A DNA stretch of 50,478 nucleotides from a virus. Taxonomy: Duplodnaviria > Caudoviricetes. Positions 10,074-16,704 of the stretch are shown here, in pieces (the stretch's first letter is position 1; each line of letters starts with the position of its first letter). The notes below the pieces were generated by a model. That model was not told the DNA's origin and did not search any database. It worked only from the letters and a program-made list of their open reading frames with translations. Both the position numbers and the translations under genes were made by a program. The stretch covers positions 1 through 50,478 of IMG/VR virus record IMGVR_UViG_3300010362_000022. One strand, given 5' to 3'.

Positions 10074-10601
10074 CTAACCTTCATAAATGCCGAAAAACTG
10101 ATATGTGGGCCAAACGTAAGTTCGATTCAAGATAGAAAGCACCAGATCTTCCTCGAGTAAACCGTACTCCTTAGCGCACTCAAATGAATTTTTACTTACT
10201 TCACCAGTTTCCAATTCGACGATTGGCTGAAGGATAGGCCTTTGAAACGGATGCCGGAACTGACGATTGTATTTCACAGCAAACCAACGAGGACGCCAGA
10301 CAAGATTATCAATATGATTGTTAGTACGATCTCCATCAAGGTTGATCGGAGTATCATATGCCCGCTTACCTCTTCTGTTTACACCTGGCACTGGAGGTAA
10401 AAAAGCCTTTGCGACCAGCAATGGTACCGAGCGATGATGTTGCACATTGTCTCGCATCAAACCCACTTGCATGACCCCGAACTGATTTGGAGATTGGGAT
10501 AAGATTTTTCCATCCTCCCACCACTTGTCAGAACGGATTCTTCCCCAACTACTTACCTCGTATCCTGGAAAGAATTCAATCGGTTGCCAGAGTTCTTCCA
10601 T
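10074..10601 (-). CDS. NUMOD4 / HNH-like protein
   Basis: EELWQPI..FPGYEVSSWGRIRS (NUMOD4); INLDGDRTNNHIDNL.W (HNH-like). Confidence 0.8.
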   Translation of the reverse strand: MEELWQPIEFFPGYEVSSWGRIRSDKWWEDGKILSQSPNQFGVMQVGLMRDNVQHHRSVPLLVAKAFLPPVPGVNRRGKRAYDTPINLDGDRTNNHIDNLVWRPRWFAVKYNRQFRHPFQRPILQPIVELETGEVSKNSFECAKEYGLLEEDLVLSILNRTYVWPTYQFFGIYEG

Positions 10602-10689
10602 AGCTCACCTCAATTTTTTTTTAACGACCTTGAGAAAGCGCGCTGCCTTGTGGGAGGGGTCGATTTATGCTCCTTTTCGGAGTTTAGTT

Positions 10690-10808
10690 ATTTGCCAAGA
10701 TTTTGAGGCAAAAAAGTTTCTATATAAACCCATCTTAGTATCTAAACCCTATTTACTTATTAGGTTCTCGCGCGTAGGGAAAGTTTTTAGACTCATATTT
10801 GGGCAAAT
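10690..10808. other. Candidate replication origin (imperfect ~30-bp inverted repeat around an AT-rich core)
   Basis: ATTTGCCAAGATTTTGAGGCAAAAAAGTTTC (10690-10720) versus GAAAGTTTTTAGACTCATATTTGGGCAAAT (10779-10808), just downstream of the helicase. Confidence 0.4.
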
Positions 10809-10810
10809 GG

Positions 10811-11029
10811 TCAAGACCAGAAATTTAGCTCCTTTCGAAGCTGTTTTTCGACTTTTTCGCTAAATACCAGGCCTTTTCTCAAAATTGCCGCCTTTACAAT
10901 CTCATACTTCTCGGCTGGCGTTTCTGCCCGAATCTGGATTTCAGCATAAAAATCGTCTGTTTCGATGCTCACAATCCCACTTTTGTGTCGTCGAACCGTT
11001 ACCTCGTTTTCAGCCATTTTTACCCTCAT
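10811..11029 (-). CDS. Hypothetical protein
   Basis: Overlaps the helicase end on the same strand. Confidence 0.6.
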   Translation of the reverse strand: MRVKMAENEVTVRRHKSGIVSIETDDFYAEIQIRAETPAEKYEIVKAAILRKGLVFSEKVEKQLRKELNFWS

Positions 11030-12203
11030 TTTCAGTGACCTTCAACAGTTTCATATCAAATTTGGCCACGTTGAAGTTCTCTTTTGCCTTCAATGAACGC
11101 CAAATCGCAGCGTCGATTACAGACTTCGAACGGAGTGTATAGTAGTATAAATCGGTAAAAGGAGTGTTCAGACGATCGATTCGTCCGTGCGCTTGCTCCC
11201 AATTCTTGTACGAGTAGGTGAGTGAGAAGAAGACAATCGTGTCAGTCTCGATGCAGTTCCAGCTCTCCGAGCCCGCCACATACTGCACCAGGTAGATCCA
11301 GCTGTCCCCAGTCGGAATCTCTTCGTGCTTCCAACCGTTCCATTCCGCGATCGTCACCTGTTTCCTCAGCTGTCGCAGCGCCTCGAGCTCGTAGTTGAAG
11401 TTGTAGAAGAGCACGAGCCTTTTGTGTCGTTCTAATAGTTCCACCACCTTTCTGATTCGGTCGGGGTCAGAATTCACCACACGCCGCATTACTCCGAACA
11501 GCTCCGCTATATCTCTAATCGGCTTGTTCTGATAGATATGCCAGCGGTTCTTGATCACGCTCTGCAGCAAGGCGTCGTTCCAGTCAACATGAATCACCGA
11601 AGAGTGTCGGACGGTCGTCTTTGGGTGTGGCATCGGGACCAGGATCGAGTTACGGAGTTTGATCAGTCGTCCTTGCCCCAAATATCGTTCCACCTTCGGA
11701 AACTTCGTGAACTGTGAGTAGACGACGTGTTCTCTCTTGAAGGCGGTCCGGTTCTTGTAGAAGCCGTTCGCGACGAAGACTGGAATATAGTCGATCCAGG
11801 TATCGCCCGGAGTCGCCGAGAGGAGGATCCAACGATTCGATTTCGCGATCTTCAAAAATGACTTTACCCACTTTCCTGAGCCGACTAGTCGTTGCTCGTC
11901 GAAGATGAAGAATGCCCCATAGACATCTGCGTACTTGTGAATGTTGTTCCAGCTATCGACGGTCAGGACGCCAGAGATAGTGGCATCTGGTTCCGTTCCG
12001 ATTCCGTACACAGCGAACTCGCCTACCCAGTCTTTTGAGTCGCGCTTCTTCGCAGTGGTGATGACGTAGACGTCTCGTGGTCGCTCCTCGCGCATGTAGT
12101 AGGCGGCCGCAACGGCGGACTTGCCCGAGCCGACTCCGCCCCAGAGAATATGGCCGTTACGAAGCTGGGTCAGGGCGAGCTTCTGATGTGGTCTCAGTTC
12201 CAT
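11010..12203 (-). CDS. SF2 (SNF2-like) DNA helicase
   Basis: [30 protein letters not shown] motifs; start set at MELRPHQ. Confidence 0.9.
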   Translation of the reverse strand: MELRPHQKLALTQLRNGHILWGGVGSGKSAVAAAYYMREERPRDVYVITTAKKRDSKDWVGEFAVYGIGTEPDATISGVLTVDSWNNIHKYADVYGAFFIFDEQRLVGSGKWVKSFLKIAKSNRWILLSATPGDTWIDYIPVFVANGFYKNRTAFKREHVVYSQFTKFPKVERYLGQGRLIKLRNSILVPMPHPKTTVRHSSVIHVDWNDALLQSVIKNRWHIYQNKPIRDIAELFGVMRRVVNSDPDRIRKVVELLERHKRLVLFYNFNYELEALRQLRKQVTIAEWNGWKHEEIPTGDSWIYLVQYVAGSESWNCIETDTIVFFSLTYSYKNWEQAHGRIDRLNTPFTDLYYYTLRSKSVIDAAIWRSLKAKENFNVAKFDMKLLKVTENEGKNG

Positions 12204-12582
12204 AGAGCGTCTTTTCAACTTTCTGGTGATGGCCCCAGTTGTAGCGCGTGTTGTTCTTCAATAGCCAATCGCTGATCGACATGATGACCGCTTCGATATT
12301 ATCCGCCCGCTCTTCCAATCGATCGACTCGCGCATTCATCGTCGACATCAAGAACTTGCGTGCTTGCTCCGGATCGGGACCAATTGGCGAAGGCTCGTTG
12401 ATCAGCGTCGTCTGCTCGAGTGACTCGTCCCACATCCGCATCAACAAATGTTGATCGATCTCCGAGGCAGACAAATATCCATCCTCGAACAGCTTTGCGC
12501 CTAGATAGCGAACGGCGCGACGAGTGTGCATGTCCGAGATGTACCACTCGGGATCTTTCTTTTCCTGCTCCTCCTCGCTCAT
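12157..12582 (-). CDS. Hypothetical protein
   Basis: Coupled minus-strand ORF. Confidence 0.7.
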   Translation of the reverse strand: MSEEEQEKKDPEWYISDMHTRRAVRYLGAKLFEDGYLSASEIDQHLLMRMWDESLEQTTLINEPSPIGPDPEQARKFLMSTMNARVDRLEERADNIEAVIMSISDWLLKNNTRYNWGHHQKVEKTLYGTETTSEARPDPAS

Positions 12583-12794
12583 TCTTTTGCTCCCGGCTCC
12601 GGATATCTCTCACGCAGCTCAGTATCTACTCTCTGCACGGAATCGACCATTCCGATCAGATGATTGTCGGTGACGATTGCGTCGGTCCAGATTGTGATTA
12701 CCCAGGAATAGACGCCCGCAGCAGTTCGACGCAACTCGATCGAGCCACGACCGGGAACAGGATCTCTATACGGCTTGACAGTTTCGTTCGACAT
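12579..12794 (-). CDS. Hypothetical protein
   Basis: GGAG RBS before MSNETVKP; ATGA overlap downstream. Confidence 0.65.
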   Translation of the reverse strand: MSNETVKPYRDPVPGRGSIELRRTAAGVYSWVITIWTDAIVTDNHLIGMVDSVQRVDTELRERYPEPGAKE

Positions 12795-12795
12795 T

Positions 12796-13002
12796 TCATG
12801 CTCCCTTGTCGAGGGTAAGGACGGTCTTACCGTTGGGATAACTTGTTCCTTCTGCTGCTCGCCAGACACCGCTCACCATCCAGTAATCGCTTGGTAGTCG
12901 CAGCTTGATGCACATTTCACCATTTGGACCCATCCAGGTACCGATTCGTGCCACTTCACCATTGGGAAGAATCAAATCTTGGTTATCGAATTTTCTCGGC
13001 AT
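12796..13002 (-). CDS. Hypothetical protein
   Basis: TAATG coupling with the upstream gene. Confidence 0.65.
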   Translation of the reverse strand: MPRKFDNQDLILPNGEVARIGTWMGPNGEMCIKLRLPSDYWMVSGVWRAAEGTSYPNGKTVLTLDKGA

Positions 13003-13250
13003 TAAACCATGTCCTCCGGACCGGCGAGATTGATTTCAGCAATACGTGTGATGGTGGCTGTATAGGCGACGAAGTACTCATTTGGAAAAGCGACCCAGCG
13101 TCCTTCAGCATTATCGCCATAACGGACGCGACCTCGATCAAGGACAGTTTGTTCGATTGCCTGCCAGGCTGTTTCTGCTTCGACATTGACGAATACTGCT
13201 TGCCAATGATCATCGCTTTCACGCTGGCGCATCACGACCCATTCTGGCAC
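13002..13250 (-). CDS. Hypothetical protein
   Basis: AAAGGA RBS, GTG start. Confidence 0.7.
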   Translation of the reverse strand: MPEWVVMRQRESDDHWQAVFVNVEAETAWQAIEQTVLDRGRVRYGDNAEGRWVAFPNEYFVAYTATITRIAEINLAGPEDMV

Positions 13251-13290
13251 GATTATCCTTTCGAAAAAATATACCGTTAGTACCCGAGGC

Positions 13291-13388
13291 GGGCAGAGAC
13301 ATCTAGCAGCTGGAGCGGGGGAGCACAGCTACTAGAGAGGTCCCTGCCCTATCCCCGGGGCTTCACATGCGGCCATGGCCCCCGGGGA
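13291..13388 (-). ncRNA. Candidate structured RNA (two long GC-rich hairpins)
   Basis: Inverted repeats 13291-13300/13340-13349, 13303-13312/13326-13335 and 13352-13360/13380-13388 in an ORF-free gap. Confidence 0.45.
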
Positions 13389-13393
13389 ATTTT

Positions 13394-13549
13394 TCAGTTC
13401 GGAAATACCAATAGTAGTCGGGCGATTGCGATTGCGACACAGAGTTCCACCCATAATACTAGTAATAAGATTCCAATCCAAAAAATTCCGCACCAAATTC
13501 GTTCTTCGATTGAGCGATAGCGGTTGTAGCGAAAGACATCTTTAATCAT
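13394..13549 (-). CDS. Small membrane protein (51 aa)
   Basis: Hand-translated MIKDVFRYNRYRSIEERIWCGIFWIGILLLVLWVELCVAIAIARLLLVFPN. Confidence 0.55.
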   Translation of the reverse strand: MIKDVFRYNRYRSIEERIWCGIFWIGILLLVLWVELCVAIAIARLLLVFPN

Positions 13550-13610
13550 AAATTGCCCAGAGAATAGATCCGAGCACCATGATCAGAAGAATACCCAAAT
13601 CCGTGCTCAC
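13542..13610 (-). CDS. Tiny membrane peptide (22 aa)
   Basis: Hand-translated MSTDLGILLIMVLGSILWAIYD; GTGA overlap with the upstream gene. Confidence 0.45.
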   Translation of the reverse strand: MSTDLGILLIMVLGSILWAIYD

Positions 13611-13732
13611 TTCTTTTTCTTCTTAGCTCTTTTCGGCAACTTGCCTTTGTTGTCCATATGATGAGCTCGAGCCCAGCTATCCCCCTTGACACCAAAGGCC
13701 CAGCGGCGTTGCTTTTGCAATTTTGCAGGCAT
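13607..13732 (-). CDS. Small basic protein (41 aa)
   Basis: Hand-translated MPAKLQKQRRWAFGVKGDSWARAHHMDNKGKLPKRAKKKKK; GGAG RBS. Confidence 0.7.
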   Translation of the reverse strand: MPAKLQKQRRWAFGVKGDSWARAHHMDNKGKLPKRAKKKKK

Positions 13733-13747
13733 AGCTCCACCTATGCG

Positions 13748-14281
13748 TTAGCAGTTCGGCCAGGCGTCGTATCTGACACGACTGGCTACTGCGGTTTGTT
13801 CACCAGACAAAGTAGTCGACTTCCCCCAATGAGAAGGGATGCCTCCATGAGCTACCCACGTTCCGTAATCGAACTGGTACCAACCCCAATAACCGGCACT
13901 GTTCCAGGCATTGGGGTTATGACCTGATTCACAGGAAACACACGAAGAGCCGCAGAGAGGTGCGTATCCCGATACAGATGGTATACGCTGCTCTTTCAAA
14001 TATGCAACGTACTTACCGTGCCATCTGCTTGCCCGATGTTGCCAGCGATGTGCTACCCAGATTGTATATGAACAGGATCTCACCAACGAAGCATTGAATT
14101 GTGAGCGTGTTGGTGTCACATTCATTTTACGTTGCCATTTGCGCGTCATGCCACGATAGTAGTAAACACCTTCGACGTGACCAGGACAACGTTGGGCCGC
14201 TGACACATTTCGTTTAGCATCAGCCTCCGAACTAATCAACAAAGTTAGCGCCGTTGTGATTAGGGCGGTTGCTTTTAGCAC
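13748..14281 (-). CDS. Secreted Rpf-like (lysozyme-fold) transglycosylase
   Basis: Signal peptide; CESG..NA.N..GY.G.YQF...TW...GG...EQ..VA...WP.C motif of resuscitation-promoting factors. Confidence 0.8.
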   Translation of the reverse strand: MLKATALITTALTLLISSEADAKRNVSAAQRCPGHVEGVYYYRGMTRKWQRKMNVTPTRSQFNASLVRSCSYTIWVAHRWQHRASRWHGKYVAYLKEQRIPSVSGYAPLCGSSCVSCESGHNPNAWNSAGYWGWYQFDYGTWVAHGGIPSHWGKSTTLSGEQTAVASRVRYDAWPNC

Positions 14282-14301
14282 GTATCAACATCTCCTATTA
14301 G

Positions 14302-14460
14302 GGGACAAATATGCCTGTCGCGAGAGATATAACATCTCTCCACAGGCTCTAGGATCAGCACGGCCCTAAGGCTTTCGTCTGTATCCCAGCAGGTGAGGTT
14401 AGAGCTTAAGGCTTTGACTTGCCCGTACTCTTACCGTCGTCACCGGTCTGTCACCTCACC
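14302..14460 (-). ncRNA. Candidate two-domain structured leader of the Rpf-like gene
   Basis: Stems 14392-14399/14453-14460, 14302-14307/14382-14387, 14313-14318/14342-14347, 14322-14328/14334-14340. Confidence 0.4.
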
Positions 14461-14464
14461 AATC

Positions 14465-14719
14465 TTAAACGTTGCGCCCGGCTCTGTATAGAAGTGCGCC
14501 GACGGTGAACATGGCTGCGCCTAATCCCATAAGAGAGCCACCCCACATCCGATATTCCCTAGCAGCTATCTCGGCCGTCTTGATGATTTCGGTCTGATTG
14601 ATCACTGGAGGTTTCCGAGCCGCCTGAGCGAGTAGCTCGTTGTACTTCTCGACCGAGATCTTAACGGACCCATCACTCGTCGTCTTGACTTCGCTGATAT
14701 TAGTAACTTCGTCAGGCAC
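14465..14719 (-). CDS. Membrane protein (C-terminal TM)
   Basis: AAAGGAG RBS; hydrophobic C-terminus. Confidence 0.75.
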   Translation of the reverse strand: MPDEVTNISEVKTTSDGSVKISVEKYNELLAQAARKPPVINQTEIIKTAEIAAREYRMWGGSLMGLGAAMFTVGALLYRAGRNV

Positions 14720-14868
14720 ATACTCTCCTTTACTTATAGTTTAAAGAATCTTTGGGTATCGCGTAGCCGAGTGCGTTCAAGACGGCTCAACGACGGCCTA
14801 CCATACCCTCTCACGTTTGCCTAACAAGAGGCTCGTTTTGCAGAGCGTCTCATTCCGTCCCGTGAGCA

Positions 14869-14989
14869 TTAGTCTCCAGTCTGACTGCAATGCCTAGCGG
14901 CAATCCGAACGAAAGCGCTGGCATCCTTGTCTCTCGCCAGCAAGCCCCGGTTGGCCTAGGCTAGGAACCCCCGGGGTTACCTGGAGACT
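14869..14989 (-). ncRNA. Candidate structured RNA, copy A of the AGUCUCCAG/CUGGAGACU family
   Basis: 9-bp terminal inverted repeat; ends shared with 15214..15326. Confidence 0.5.
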
Positions 14990-15191
14990 GTTCTACATTC
15001 CACGACCGGTTACCTTCCCAGTAAATTGTGCTGCGGACGCGCTGACATGTGAAGCAGACCTGGGTCAAGGCATCCATGAACGTACTGAAAATCACCTGCT
15101 GAACATGCTGACCTTCACACTCACGAATCTGAGCACGAACAGCTTCCAAACTTTGTAGCCGTTCATACACAAATATAACCGGTTCTGGCAT
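14961..15191 (-). CDS. Hypothetical protein (CxxxH...CxxC, possibly Zn-binding)
   Basis: AAAGGA RBS; Cys/His pattern. Confidence 0.65.
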   Translation of the reverse strand: MPEPVIFVYERLQSLEAVRAQIRECEGQHVQQVIFSTFMDALTQVCFTCQRVRSTIYWEGNRSWNVEQSPGNPGGS

Positions 15192-15213
15192 GGTTTCCTT
15201 TGAGTCGAAAGTA

Positions 15214-15326
15214 CTTAGTCTCCAGTCCAGTCGTAATGGTCAATCCAGGTCCAGTGGATTGTATTTTGACTGATAAAAAACGCCGCGGATGTGCGTGATA
15301 TCCTAAGAGTTTACCTGGAGACTAAG
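15214..15326 (-). ncRNA. Candidate structured RNA, copy B of the AGUCUCCAG/CUGGAGACU family
   Basis: 12-bp perfect terminal inverted repeat CTTAGTCTCCAG/CTGGAGACTAAG. Confidence 0.55.
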
Positions 15327-15331
15327 ATTTG

Positions 15332-15433
15332 TGGTGCCGCTCCGGGTCGGATTCCGGTCTTGGACGCTACAATTTTCCCTACGGATACAGAAGGAAAGTT
15401 GTAACTTAGGGCTTAGTTACCGCCTCGACACCA
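15332..15433 (-). ncRNA. Candidate tRNA-like structured RNA (not a canonical tRNA)
   Basis: GGUGUCG/CGGCACC closing stem ending ...GGCACCA, with a CCGG hairpin just before it. Confidence 0.35.
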
Positions 15434-15436
15434 ATT

Positions 15437-15592
15437 TACTCTGGCGCAGGTATCGAATCACGAGGAGTCTCCAGGACGGGAGAGTATGCGCGCGTTGCTG
15501 ATACCTTAACCTTTCGGAAAGACCTAGTGACAAATCGTTCCGAAAACATGCCCGGATCCAACAACGGGGTCCATGGCTTTAACGCCAGAGTA
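15437..15592 (-). ncRNA. Candidate four-way-junction RNA (~156 nt)
   Basis: 10-bp closing stem TACTCTGGCG/CGCCAGAGTA enclosing three internal stems. Confidence 0.55.
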
Positions 15593-15596
15593 GATA

Positions 15597-15785
15597 TTAC
15601 CCCTCTGAGGGAGCGGTATACGGAATGTGGTCATGGCCTGCGGCGATCAGCATCTCGCTGAGTTCGGCCTTGTCCTTGTTTGTCAGCGCCTGGAACTCCT
15701 TGATCTCCACCTTGCGTCCGTAAGGTCCGGACGAGAAGAACTGGATGGCTGCTTTGACAAAGGACTTCTTCTCCTCCTCCGCCAT
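15597..15785 (-). CDS. Hypothetical protein
   Basis: GGGGGTGAG RBS-like sequence; minus-strand ORF. Confidence 0.7.
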   Translation of the reverse strand: MAEEEKKSFVKAAIQFFSSGPYGRKVEIKEFQALTNKDKAELSEMLIAAGHDHIPYTAPSEG

Positions 15786-15812
15786 CTATCTCACCCCCTC
15801 TCTGGGTTCTGA

Positions 15813-16133
15813 TCAGGATTCTGTGTCGACTAGATCGAAATTAGCTTGGAAGGCTTTGGTCGTGTAGACCTTGTAGCCTCGCTCCGTGTAGAGAATCCAA
15901 TCCCCCACGAATGCCTTAGTCTGCCTAGGATTCTTAGGATTGTGAACCCGCACATGAATATACTGCTTGGTAGGCTGAACTTCAGCAGATCTGTCAACTG
16001 GCGACTCATCGATATTACCGATCTCACCAAAGCACCATCTTGCGATATCGGAGAAATTTTGCTCAGTAACCTGGACAGCATCTACGAATAGTGGCTTACG
16101 AACATACTTAGTGGTAATACTAGTATTTTCCAT
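15813..16133 (-). CDS. Conserved phage protein (PGDYG-like, KYVRKP..DAVQ...GDWIL)
   Basis: Motif pattern of a widespread small phage family; AGGAG RBS. Confidence 0.75.
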   Translation of the reverse strand: MENTSITTKYVRKPLFVDAVQVTEQNFSDIARWCFGEIGNIDESPVDRSAEVQPTKQYIHVRVHNPKNPRQTKAFVGDWILYTERGYKVYTTKAFQANFDLVDTES

Positions 16134-16138
16134 AGCTC

Positions 16139-16240
16139 CTATTCATTTCGGTTTCGAATTGCGCCAAGGTAATACCCGAAAACAACGCTAATCAGAACCA
16201 CAAACGCTGTTACAACTACGGTGACGAGGGTTTCGATCAT
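16139..16240 (-). CDS. Small membrane protein (33 aa)
   Basis: Hand-translated MIETLVTVVVTAFVVLISVVFGYYLGAIRNRNE; ATGA overlap. Confidence 0.6.
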   Translation of the reverse strand: MIETLVTVVVTAFVVLISVVFGYYLGAIRNRNE

Positions 16241-16704
16241 GCCATATCTAGATCAGAGTACTTAAGCTCCAATGCGTCTTCCTCGATTGTGACATAGAGA
16301 CTCTGTAGATATGCTTTTGTTCCGCTTTTCTGATTGACCGTCCAAACGTAAGGACGGATGATCAGGTCGACGTTAAGAATATCGGCCCAGTCGAGCATTT
16401 CAACTTGACTCTCATCGAGATTCGTACGACCACGCGAGGTGATCAAGACAATTCTGGGCGGACGGGGGTCGAACTTGACGGCGACGGGCAAATATGCCTG
16501 CGGAGCTTCTTCCTCTTCCTCACCACGAGGACGAAGCCACTTCACATTCCATTCTTCCTCGGCCAGCTTGGCGGCGGTCTTGTCGTCGAGCAAGACGGCA
16601 AAATTGCGATCACCTTCACGATTGTATTGACCTTCTTTGCCCGAGAAGTTACGGAAGATGATTCGAGCGCCTTCCAACATTATGGTGTTGTCATTCCGCG
16701 GCAT
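16237..16704 (-). CDS. Single-stranded DNA-binding protein
   Basis: ARIIFRNFSG...NREGDRNF...KAYLQSLYVTIEED, next to the polymerase; start reassigned to MPRNDN (GAGGAG RBS). Confidence 0.7.
   Translation of the reverse strand: MPRNDNTIMLEGARIIFRNFSGKEGQYNREGDRNFAVLLDDKTAAKLAEEEWNVKWLRPRGEEEEEAPQAYLPVAVKFDPRPPRIVLITSRGRTNLDESQVEMLDWADILNVDLIIRPYVWTVNQKSGTKAYLQSLYVTIEEDALELKYSDLDMA

Noticed and set aside
13546-13740. 64-aa ORF from the track
   Set aside because: Three shorter coupled ORFs in other frames tile the region better
14282-14460. c-di-AMP (ydaO) riboswitch upstream of the Rpf-like gene
   Set aside because: Conserved GCYGAAUCC, GGAACC and CAGCUAAC motifs not found by eye
15332-15433. 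Canonical tRNA or tmRNA
   Set aside because: No GUUCRA T-loop, D-arm or anticodon arm of standard size; no tag ORF
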